Assembly (NCBI GenBank): GCA_030390025.1
Contig: CM059425.1
Coordinates: 161,884,001 to 161,948,000, forward strand
DNA: 64,000 nt
From: Squalus acanthias
Lineage: Eukaryota
Direction: 5' to 3'
The notes beneath the pieces are model-generated. The model was not told the DNA's origin and searched no databases. It saw only the letters and a list, made by a program, of their open reading frames with translations. Of this stretch, positions 25,938-37,308 are shown one piece after another. How positions within the stretch are numbered: position 1 is the first letter of the stretch; each line of letters begins with the position of its first letter. The position numbers and the translations under genes were made by a program.

Positions 25938-26663
25938 GGCCCGAAAATTAGACCTAATACGCGAGAGTACGCACTGTGTACTCTCGCGTATTAGGTCCCG
26001 AATTGCCGGTTTCCTGCATGCACTGCGCATGCGCGGGAAACCGGCACTTCGTGTATTGCAAAGGGGACGGTTCCTAAGTGAACTGCGTGCGCACTACAGG
26101 TTGTGCGCACGCAGTGCACTTAGTTTTTTTTTCAGGTTTGAACGTGCAGGTAAGTGGTGAAGATTTTACACATAAAGAAAGCAGGCGTAGGACCCCCTTT
26201 TAACAAGGTAAGTAGTTAATTAAGTGTTATTTTAAAATTTTTTCAACAGGTTTATCTTTTTTAGAGACTTTAAAGAAAGGTAAGTTTATTTATATAACTT
26301 TTAAAAAGATTTTAAATTTTTTCAAAAATTAAATTTTTTGTTTAAAGTGGTTAATTTATTTAACTATAGTTATTTTATTAATGTGATGGCTTTTTTTTTA
26401 AATTTAATTGAGGTTTAGCTGTTCTTTTGGGGGCTTGTAGTATTCATAGCTTTGACAGCCATTGGCTCTAACTGTCCCACGTGATCCCAGAGCTCGCACA
26501 AACTAATTGCGCCTCTGGGACACGCAAGCACTGCACGCCGGCAACAGGGAGAAGCCCTCAAACTGAAGTTCGTGTGGGCCTGAAACAAAAAGGTAGGCGC
26601 GGAGTGCGATATCGCGGGGAATCCTTACCCCCGCGGCAACCATCGATGTTTAATTTCTGGGCC
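25938..26663 (+). mobile_element. MITE family X, copy 1 (Harbinger-like)
   Basis: TIRs GGCCCGAAAATT / AATTTCTGGGCC; TSD ATT. Homologous to 35723-36467 and 59365-60112. Confidence 0.85.
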
Positions 26664-27075
26664 ATTATGTATTGAATACTTTTTTGTTTATTCATATAAT
26701 CATTTGCATTATGAAGTGTTGGGTGGCCCCATGTGCATTACCAATTCTATGTTATTATATTTAACATTTAAAATTAATATTTAAATATTACAACAGAAAC
26801 ATTTAAGTGTTCGGAAAAACTGCATAGAACTTGCATTAGTAAAGCTACATATTTTATACCAAACTACAATTCTAAAATAGGTATACTAAAGATTTTCAAA
26901 GATTGAGATATGAGCAATCACTGGGATTTTTCGTCAAACTGGGTTACATACAAACATTTCGCAATTGCCGGACAGCTCAATGACCTGTTAAGACTTCTGC
27001 ATTTTTTTAAAGAAACAAACAAATATACTTTGCATATGTATACAATCTTTGTAACAACATTCTTCAAATGATACC

Positions 27076-27180
27076 TTTGCGACATCTGGCGGCGTGAAGT
27101 GTCCACGAAAATTTGCTTTCAAAAAACTAGTTATTCTTCAAATTCTGCTGCAAAAGGTTTTGATACCCCCTAGTGGGGGG
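27076..27180 (-). promoter_or_regulatory. Pair of co-oriented candidate CTCF sites
   Basis: Minus strand CCGCCAGATGTCGC (~27079-27092) and CCACTAGGGGGTAT (~27163-27176). Confidence 0.45.
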
Positions 27181-28487
27181 AAAAGGGCAATCTGGCTCTT
27201 TGAAAGCAAGACGATGGACAGCGATAAATCATCAAAATGCAAAGGTCATACATGTCGGGATGGAGTGACACCACAACAATAGTACACATTCTAGCCCTAG
27301 GACACAAAAGCTGACCCATTTTTGTATAATAAAAAGAATCAGTCATGACTCACCAACAATTGTAATTGCCATTAAATGCAGTTATGTCACTATTAAACCT
27401 GTTTTTAACATGAGAAGTGTGATTCTTATGAACTTGGTAAAGTTTGTCCACAAATAGTAAATATTATAAATCTATCATCTGACAATTTAATATTGTAAAA
27501 ACTGTAGGCACCTTAAAAGTACCTGAATGAGTACACAAAGCCTTTTGATTCTCAAAGCTGCCTTTAGTATTGCAACATGTTTATTATTTCTTGCAATAAA
27601 GTTGAGAGAAAAATATATTTACTGATAGCTCTCTAGCAGTATTGCACTATTTAGTGAATCCACTGAGAAATGCTACTTTAATCCTTATAAGAATGTAACA
27701 GTTGCTCTATTTACACATTATGCAGGTTATATTGTGTCAATCATGAACTGTTCTTCAGAGGCACACACTCATATCAGGATATTTGCATACAGTGCACTGC
27801 AAATAATTCACAGAACTTCAGTTTGGCAATTTTTATTACAGCTTTGATACTTCATAATAATAATACTGTAATGGATTTTTAATTTCAACTAACTTTATTA
27901 ACTTTGTTCAACATGTGAAGGGCAAATTTGAAAATCTATGTCACACCATTTATACAAGGTTTCTGTGTCATTGGTATTCTTTAAAAAAACATACCTAGTG
28001 GTTTAATCTTGTGAAAAAGAGAGAAAACGTAATTTCTTTTTATAGCCTGCAGCTTAATACAATGTTTTTAATAAGTATAAAAATTCCACCTTAGAAAATT
28101 AACGAGATATTGGAGAAGGATTGAAAGGAAGAAAATGTATAGCGTGTGAACGATCAGAAGTTTATTTGACAGGTTTATGTCAAACAGGTCAACATACAGA
28201 AATGCAATCCGTTACAGTTTTCTTTTATGTCACTAAGAGTGCATTTCTGTATGGTTTAACTGGTACTGCAGATAAGCAAGCATGAATCAACTCAGTACCC
28301 ATTCACATTTTTAATTTTCAGATGCCCCAGGTATATAATCCTTTGAACAATATATTTTTATTTTAAAAAGCTCACTGCCTGTAACATTCAAACTGCATCG
28401 CTTTATAAGAATAAAGTGGGAATTTGGCAGCGCTGTTGGTATTTCTTATGGTGATAGCATGAGCATCTAAGGATTTTTTTTTAAATG

Positions 28488-28538
28488 ACAGGATATTAGC
28501 TGTTCAAATAATCATTATTTGAACAGCTACATTCCTGT
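28488..28538. repeat. Inverted repeat: 16-bp perfect arms, 25 bp with 3 mismatches, 1-nt spacer
   Basis: TAGCTGTTCAAATAAT-C-ATTATTTGAACAGCTA at 28497-28529. Confidence 0.9.
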
Positions 28539-29832
28539 AATATCTTATGTGAATAAAATGTTTTGATTCTTTTAAACAAAATAACACTTTGACTATGCCC
28601 CTTGATCCATTAGTTTTCATATCAACAGTTCACTTGGACAAAGCTACCTCCTGGTGCGAACAATAAGAGTTTCCTTTTCTCAGAGGAGGTAAAGAACAAT
28701 CCCCTTCATTAGGTCACCTTCAGATTTTAGTCAGCTGGTGTGACAGTTCAATTTTAATGGAATGTTCAGTGCTAAGGTTTCTTGCAGATATCCTGCAGCC
28801 TTCAACTAACAGCTACATGACGTTTTAGAAAATGACTGGTGCCTACTTGAACTTGGTGGGTCAATGTTATAGATAGACAGAAGGGCAGAGGCCATGAAGT
28901 TACTGAGAAATAGGCTCCGATACTTCCATTTCCTCCACTGACCTTGGTGTCCAACATGAATGCAAGTACCACCTTTTTACTGCCATTTGGGTCCATTATC
29001 TTAGGGCACCCTCTCACACATCAGCAAGTATTCAGCTGGGTCAGAACAGATAGATTGCAATAACAATAAATTTGTCATTGAATGAATACTGCATGCAGTC
29101 AGCCCATTTTAACAGTATTTACTAGACATTGCACCTTTCACCCTTTTGAACCCTTTCAGCTTGCAAGGAAGCTCATGGGTCTGCAGAAGATAATAAATAC
29201 GTCTCTATTGAATGATAAAGTTACTTAAATTTGTCTTTTTGTGTGTGATGAAGTGAAAGATGAGACATTAATTACTGTGACATTGTGAGATAATCTACAT
29301 GTGAGACCAGACACAAGGGAGGTCTTGAGCATCTAGTACTGTGATTGATTTAAACTTTCAAACACTCCTGCTGTGCTAGATTTCCCCATTTATTCTCCCT
29401 CCTATAATCTTGGAGAGGTTCTTCATCCACGCATAGATTATAAACAGTGTCTGGGTCTCATTTTTTAGGTTAAAATCTTATCACTCTTACTCTTCTACTC
29501 TGTTTATTACTGTTCTTCACGGTCAACATTAAATAGAAAATTAACTGTTAAAAGAAAACACAAATAAAATCCTCCTACCTAAAAGGTACTATCTAGAAAA
29601 ATCTGATTAGAATATGTAGCATATTGGAAATTACCACATTAAACAGAAAATGTTTATTTGTGTACAATTTATTCCAAATAATTCAAAGGTATTTTGCACA
29701 ATAAAATGATTTATCCACTAATTAACATAGGAAAGTAGGAATCTGGTGCCAAGTAATGAATTATTAGCTAATTTGCAATAAATGACTTTGAATTAAGAGT
29801 AGACTGCATCGTAATATTTCTTTAGATTTATT

Positions 29833-30566
29833 GCTGCAGATTTTGCTGAAAAAGTAACAGCGTCTGAACAATACACGCTGTTATTAATGTGCAAATTCGC
29901 TAGCAACTTGTGGTGAGGAAGATACCTCATGAATTGCAAATCGCCACAAGTTGCTGGCCAATTTGGGCGGCTTCACAAAAATGGCATCTCGCCCTTAACC
30001 TGTTTGTGATTTTCATGAAATTGCTGCATTTGCAGATTAATTGCCCATTAAACTCACAGAAAGTTAAGTCTAGTAATTAATAGCATAAGTACCCTTTTAA
30101 CGACATGATAATTGTTAATGACTGCCAATCAACCGCTCTTGCCCAGAAAGTGAACAATTATAAGTCTGGAGTCTCATTCCTTCAGGTTGTGCATTGTTGG
30201 AGTTTTTAAAAATGTCAAATTTTAAAATTATTTTTTTCTTACTTTCTGTCTTTTTTCCTTCTCTCTCTTAATCCAATCTTTCTTTACCTCTCTTTACCTC
30301 TATTTCTCTATCTGCACTTGAATTGACATTAAATTCACTTACTCTAATTTACCCTCCTCTGTTTATTTCTTAATCCTTTAATTTCATTTGTTAAGGAGAT
30401 ACATTGTTTGTCCATTGTACACCCAAGGCCCCAGATGCCCTGCTGCGCTGCTATCAGCTTGCACTTCCAGCAACTTTGCGGGCAAAAAATTTAAAACCTA
30501 AACATGCACAAACAAGTCTAACTAACGGCATGCCACAAGATGCACCGCTGCAGCAAAATCTGGGTC
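29833..30566. mobile_element. MITE (Harbinger-like)
   Basis: Ends GCTGCAGATTTTGCTG / CAGCAAAATCTGGGTC, with ATT on both flanks. Confidence 0.65.
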
Positions 30567-30654
30567 ATTAACTCTTACAGCATGAAATTCTAATTGATAT
30601 AAAGTTTAGATTTATAACCCTTGGAGTACTGAAAGTCATTTTCATTTTTCAAAA

Positions 30655-31170
30655 TAGAGGAGTAAAAATTTATCTGAGCCTGTTTTTGGTCCCAAGTCAG
30701 CACTGCACAGCCAGCGCGCATCCGAACCAAGAGGATCAATAGAAATTGGTCCCCGGGCCTCTTCTGCATACTCTGGGTGAGCTGCTTGCGAAGAAAATAT
30801 AATTGAGGGCCACCTGCTTCGTTGGCAGTGGTCCTGAAGCAAGTCCCGGGTGGAGGATTGGAGAGGCTCCGGGAGGAGGGACGATCGCGATGCCTGTGTA
30901 ATCGGGGGAGCACTCCTGCTCCTCCTGGCTCCACAGGAAGGGTTTCCTTAAAAACAACATTTTTTACACTCACCTCTCATTGGTGGCTGCGGGGGCCACT
31001 GAAGAATCCTGACTGTGGCAGGTCTGATGTCTGCCCCGCTCATTGTTAACTCATTTTCAAAAGGGGTTCTTCAACAGGGATTAGACCCCTCGAATATGTT
31101 AATGAGGGGCGCCATGAATCTAGCCAACGCCTGCAAATTAGGCACAGGCCATCCCACTGGTAAATTGGTA
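30655..31170. mobile_element. Degenerate MITE-like GC-rich repeat
   Basis: Shares CACTCCTGCTCCTCCTGGC with the 1625-3224 element (inverted). Ends unclear. Confidence 0.35.
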
Positions 31171-31848
31171 TTCTTCAAGTCTGTTCTAAAAGCATAGCAA
31201 TTTCTACTTCAACATCTCTCAAGCAGTAACCGTGTTATCCAAAAAAAAGCTGGCAAACAGTAACAAAATGGTCTAAAATAAGTGCAAACTTACTCTGAAG
31301 TTTATGACGTTCAAATTCAAATTAATTAACTGTTTGTTGTAGAAAAATAAGTTGTGTTGGAATTACAGGACCATGAGTGAGCACTTGGGCTGTTAAACAC
31401 ATCAACAAAAAGCTGACATTTAGATTTGATTATGTAGAGAATAATTAGGTCACATCACTAATTTAAATGTTGCAGAGTAATTTATACCTAGGAGTGACTG
31501 CAAGGTAGGAATCTCATTGAGAAGTTCAGATGAGGTCATTAAGCACAAAGGCAATGATGGAGAGGTTTGGGATGATATTATAGTTTTGAAGTCACTCTCA
31601 TTATTAGTATATATCTCTTACAGTAGAATTTGTGCAGTGATTTACAGTACTTCTGTTTTAGGATCTCTTGCTTCAGTGCCGGTAAATGTCCTGGTGGACA
31701 CCCACTGCCAGTGTACACAATGCAGTAGATGCACAATGACATCAGCACTAAACAGTTATTGACTGTGATATAATCACTGCCACTTGATAAATTTGTAATC
31801 AGTAATTTCCACTGTTGTAATAATAAGCACCACAACCAGAATATATTA

Positions 31849-33567
31849 AAGCTGCAATTTCACCGACCGAGGCGGGTCCGGGGCGGCCAGAGTCGGTGTC
31901 GCGGTCCCAGCCCGCTGCCTACTGCAGCCCGCACTCTCCAAGTGATTTTACGTTAATAGGGCTTGTTAAGCCCGCCCAACAAGGTTCCTGGCCAATTAAA
32001 AGGAAGCGGGTCTGATGACGTCATTTGATGACACGTTATCAGCTGGTTTCCTTAAAGGGGCCATGTCCAAATTGATTTTGACAGTTCTGCTGTCAGTGTT
32101 CTACAGCATTGAGGTGCTGCAAACACTGACGAGCACTGCACAAAGGTGCACGGCTGCACCCAGGCTCTCCCATGACTCCCTCCATATCAACGCAGCCTGG
32201 TTACACATTGCACAGGAGGGCACAAGCAGGGATGTCGTCAAGAGGACCAGGCTGCAGTGGCACAAGCCTTTCAATGATCTCAGTAGATCACGAAACGTTA
32301 CTGCAAAGCCACACTCAACCTCATCTCCTGTGGCACTCATCACATCCACATCACTCAGCCTTCCCTACCCTACTCCTGCACATCCTTACTCACACCAACT
32401 TATCTTGCACCTCCACCCATCCCTCTCTATTTACATTATCACTTCCCCATCTCACTAGCCACCCCTCACACTCACCCTCATCCTACTGTAAGCATACAAA
32501 CTAATAACACACAAGGGTAGACACTTGGGTGGTTTATCCAATGTCCGTGTGCTGTCAAACATTGAAACCTTTATTTTGAGTACTTTGCGTTCTTGGACAG
32601 ATTTGCGCGCACCTTTGGAAGTGGCTTAGTGAGTTGCAGAGGATGGTGAGACATAAGGGTACCCTCCCCCAGGATACCCCCCCCCACCAACCCCGCAATG
32701 ATGAGGAGTGTGAAAGGAATGGCTTGGGCATTGTAGGGATGGTTTATGGTGTTGATGTGGGGTGGTGCCAACCTGGCATCATGTGGCAGCCAGGGTGTAC
32801 AGCGTCAAGTGAAATAAATCTGGTCATGGTAAGGCCATCCCTGGCCTCCCGGGCAGCAATGTGGTTGGGTGCTGATGCCCTGTGTCCTGTGCAGCATCAG
32901 TTGATTACGGAGAAGGTTGGTGTTGTTGTTGGTGCTGCTGGTGCGCCTAGAGCTGCTGGTGTTGGGGCTGATCTTGGTGGGATTCTGAGGACCAAGGTGA
33001 GATATCTTCAAGGGCAACGATACTGATGGAATAGATGGCAGGTGAGGTTGAGATGACAAAAGCGATCTGTCAATGGCGAGAGAGGTTGTTCCAATGAGGT
33101 GGCACTGGAGAGTTGGCTCCAAACACTTGCAAGCTGCAGAAAGCTCAATATGTCTTCCAAATGCAGTAGGCAACAGCTTCTGAGCTTTGAAAGTGAACAG
33201 CTGTAACATGGGATCTTTTATACAACTTTGGCAGCTGTCAGGTCATAAGATAATTCAATGCTGAATCCACTCACGACATGCTGAGCTGACGTGTTCCCTG
33301 AGCAGTGGGTAACCCGTGGGGGAGCACGTAAAATTGAAATATAGGCTTAAAATAACAGTTAATTGGATGCTAACAACCCATTTAATGATGTGAATTGCCT
33401 CCCCCGCCGCTTGGTGTCGGGTTTGTCCAACGCCGACAGACCCGACACCTGGGAGACTAGCGTGGAGGCGGATTGACAGCGGGTTCACTACCCGCTGTCA
33501 ATCTTTGCTATTTTGACAGCGGACCTGCCTTCAAACCCGCCCTCTGAGTGCCGGCAAAATTCACCCC
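31849..33567 (+). mobile_element. PIF/Harbinger internally deleted element with Myb/SANT gene remnant
   Basis: Both ends align with 1812-2639. TAAPRLSHDSL...KPFNDLSR resembles the Myb-like exon at 58784 (APRFSDTAL...KNFNDLTR). Confidence 0.7.
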
Positions 33568-34564
33568 TATGTGTCAGTAGTGTGTTTATTGCTTTATCCA
33601 GTGGGGAACTCATTGGCAACTTCCAGAAAACAATGAGATATAAACTTATTGTTGCGATCTTCCTGCATATTCTGAGTTCTATTGAGTAAATTAAATTTTG
33701 AATCTTTCTAGTTACTTAGCCATGGTAACTATTACAAATATTTATTTTCATAATTAACTTGGTATCTGAGTTGAGAAACTTTTCAAATTACAGAGTCAAT
33801 CAGTTGGTTACACAGAGACACATGTGAGGAATGTCCCCAGCATACATCTATGTAAAATAAATCTTGTCTCTGACCACAGCAATTTAATTATAAGGCTTGG
33901 TTAAATGTTAATAAAACACTTTTAAGTTATTGAGGAGACAAGTTTGTGGTCAGAGACAGTGACATATATATATGTGTGTGTGTGTGTGCGTGGCAACATT
34001 TAAAACAGAGCAATTACAAATGTGAAATTAATCACTTTCTGTTCTGATCCAATGGGAGCAGGAGTCCTTCACATCACTCCCCCAGTTTCCCCCTGTGTTT
34101 CCAGCTGACTAACTAACTGTATTCTTATTGTTTCATGGAGAGTTCACAAAACACCTGTCTTCTCTAGTGTTTTTATAAGTTTCCGCAGTTGAGGAAATAC
34201 TTATGATTATAAAAACTGAAATGCAGTATTGATATTGTTGTTGAAACAACCCATCTCTTGTATATCAGAATGGTTGGACATGGCTCATTTTGATCAGAAT
34301 ACTATTAGTAATAGTATAATTCCTATAAATCTGGACAGTTTCACTCAAGAATTCCAAAGAAAAAATTTTGAATTGATAGATTGAAAATCTCCCCTCTCTT
34401 GCTATGTCTAATAATAACAGGTGTTGACACTGAAAATAATAAAAGTATGAATCCAGTCAACAGTAAACATTAACTTGCCTTGAATTTTGTATTTAAACGA
34501 AGACCCTTATCCCACAGAAAAACCAAAAAGGTCACAGGGTTGTGGTAACAGTTAAGAACAGCCT

Positions 34565-34793
34565 TACAAAGGCAAAATACTGCGGATACTGGAAATGTGA
34601 AATAAAAACAGAAAATGCTGGAAATACTCAGCAGCTCAGGCAGCATCTGTGGAGAGAGAAACAGAGTTAACGTTTCAGGTCGATGACCTTTCATCAGAAC
34701 TCTCACGAAAGGTCATCAACCTGAAATGTTAACTCTGTTTCTCTCTCCACAGATGCTGCCTGACCTGCTGAGTATTTCCAGCATTTTCTGTTT
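34565..34793. mobile_element. Non-coding palindromic Penelope-like derivative with hammerhead motifs
   Basis: ~90-bp inverted arms (34604-34795), a ~39-nt one-sided extension, and TSD TTAAGAACAGCCT (34552-34564 / 34794-34806). Confidence 0.85.
34665..34700 (-). ncRNA. Minimal type I hammerhead ribozyme motif
   Basis: GTT-CTGATGA-A-AGGTC-ATC-GACCT-GAAA-CGTT-AAC: catalytic cores, stem II and palindromic AACGTT at stem III. Confidence 0.75.
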
Positions 34794-35722
34794 TTAAGAA
34801 CAGCCTAAGTTGTTACCATAGCAATGGCATCAGTTAGGACCTGTCCAGGTTGATGGAGAACTAGAGTCAGCAGCAATTCTGGTGTTTGAAAAATTTCAAA
34901 GGTTTCAGTTTCTAGATGTGAAAACTCCTATCTGAAGATTCTAGCTTTGAATTTCTTCAAACTGCTGATATCGTAAAGATTGGATTCAAATTCTACCGTC
35001 GTCTTAGGCAGTCAGTTTGCTTACCAATAAGATTTTCTGGCTTACTAGCCAAAAGCTCTTGACATCACAATCGCTTGAAATAAACTCTCTCTTTCTCTGA
35101 AATGTTCCAGAAGGTAATATACAGATATTGGAAATCCTACTGAGGGAAAAGGCAATCTTTTGACGTTAGAAAGTACTTTGTCAAGGTATTAGAGGAGAAC
35201 CAGCACTGCAACTAACTTTTGCATAATTGGTCTGTGAAAACAAAGCTTGATAGCCAACAAAATAGATATTTTTGCATTAACTCAGCTGTCATTTCAACCT
35301 GCATTTTATTTTTAAATAGTTACAACTATCTATTGGTAACTCAAATTTTCATTCAAAATCTAAACTTAAAAAAGCTTTACCTTTTGTACATTCCAGTTTA
35401 CAATAGAGCCAGAATGTGTCCTACATTACAAAATGTGGCAACATCCTGACATTATCATGGCCTTTCTTAGAATCTCCTGAATGCAACAGGAATTGCATTC
35501 CGTTGAGAAAATATTACTGTAACTTATTAACATCTGATCCTAATGTTTTTCAAATATTTTCCATTTTTAAATTCCTTTCTTAGTTCCTTGGGATCTTGAA
35601 CTTTGATGTTGAAGTTTGAATTGTTTGTGAAGTTGGGAGACCAGGGCGCAGAATTTTCTATATATGTTTTACATCACAGTTGCACCTTTAATATCAGTCA
35701 CTAGCCTCTAGAGAGAGATATG

Positions 35723-36467
35723 GGCCCAGAAATTGATCTCGCTCTGTTCCCGCGGGGGTAAGCCTTCCCCGCGATGTCTCACCTCGCTTATGCTTTTTCA
35801 GATCCAGCTCGCACGAACTTGATGTTCCAGACATCAGCTGTGCTGGGCTTGCGTATCCCAGCGGCGTAGTGAATTCGTGCGAGCTGTGGGATCACGTGAC
35901 TCAGTTAGAGCCAATGGCAGCACACCATCTTCCATTCATAAGTCTCACAGCATGGCTGTGAAATCTATGAATCTTACACCCCCCCAAAATAACAGCTAAA
36001 CCTCAATTAAATAAAAAAAAAAAACCATCACATTAACAAAATAAGTATAGTTAATTAAATTAACCATTTTAAATAAAAAATTAAATTTTTGAAAAAATTT
36101 AAAATCTTTTAAAAAGTTATAAAAATAAACTTACCTGTCTTTAAAGTCTATAAAAAAGATATACCTGTAAAAAAAAAATTCAAAAAAATACTTAATTCAC
36201 TACTTACCTTCTTAAAAGCGGGTCTTACTCCTCCTTTTTACATTTCCAAAATCTTCCCTACTTACCTGCGCGTCCAAAGCATGAAGTGCACAGCGTGCGC
36301 GCAGCCTGTAGCGCGCACGCGATGCACCCAGGCCCCGCCCCCTTTTCAGAAGAGCAATTGCCGGTTTTCAGCGCATGCGCAGGGCATGCAGAAAACCGGC
36401 AATTGGAGTGGGAATACGCGAGAGTACGCAGTGCGTACTCTCGCGTCCCGGGATCAATTTTCGGCCC
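35723..36467 (-). mobile_element. MITE family X, copy 2
   Basis: TIRs GGCCCAGAAATT / AATTTTCGGCCC; TSD ATG. Reverse complement of copy 1. Confidence 0.85.
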
Positions 36468-36953
36468 ATGGAGGTTTCCTGGGTATGCTCATTTGTATAT
36501 CCATTGGTGCAAGCACTTGTGTAAAACCAGTGTAAAACAGACATAAGCAGCTGAACCAGCAGGAGACTTCATTAATTGCACTGCTCAGACTGTGCTGTTC
36601 AGTAGAACACTGGGGACAAGAAGGTTTTTTAAAATTCGTTTATGGGATGTGGGTGTTGCTGGCAAAGCCAGCATTTATTGCCCATCCCAAATTGCCCTTG
36701 AGTAAGTGGTGGTGAACTATCTTTTTGAACCGTTGCAGTCTGTGTGGTGAAGGTACTCCTACAGTGCTGTAGGGAGGGAGTTCCAAGAGTTGACCCAGCA
36801 ACGATGAAGGAACGGCGATATATTTCCAAGTCAGGATGGGGTATGACTTGGAGGGGAACTTGGAGGTGGTGGTGTTCCCATGCATCTGCTGCCTTGTCCT
36901 TCTAGTGAGAAGTCGCACAACACCAGGTTATAGTCCAACAGTTCTATTTGAAA

Positions 36954-36991
36954 TCACAAGCTTTCGGAGCTGCTGCCCCTTCGTCAGGTGA
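36954..36991 (-). ncRNA. Minimal hammerhead ribozyme motif in the Penelope 3' pseudo-LTR
   Basis: TCAC-CTGACGA-A-GGGGC-AGCA-GCTCC-GAAA-GCTT-GTGA; stem I TCAC/GTGA, palindromic AAGCTT. Confidence 0.8.
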
Positions 36992-37308
36992 AGTGAAGGA
37001 ATACGAATCGGCAAAGCATATATAGACAGAGAACAATGCATGTGTAGTGTACAATGTCAGATGACTACATTTAATCCTCTGACTGCCTTTCGTCACACCT
37101 TGGCAGAGAAACAATCAGGTCAGCCAGGAAGGCACCACATCAAAGACATAGCAAGATACAACTGAGACAATGAGGTGGGGTCACAGGGGGTCTAATGTGT
37201 CAAATGCTGCAGTCTGTATGGAAAACCATAAACTTTAAAATTTTTACTTTTTTTTTACTGGAAATCACATCTGTGAACAAGCCAACGACGACTCGAGTCT
37301 GGATGACT

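Noticed and set aside
34604..34795. pre-miRNA or DNA-transposon MITE
   Set aside because: Hammerhead cores, the asymmetric tail and the 13-bp TSD fit a Penelope-like origin better.
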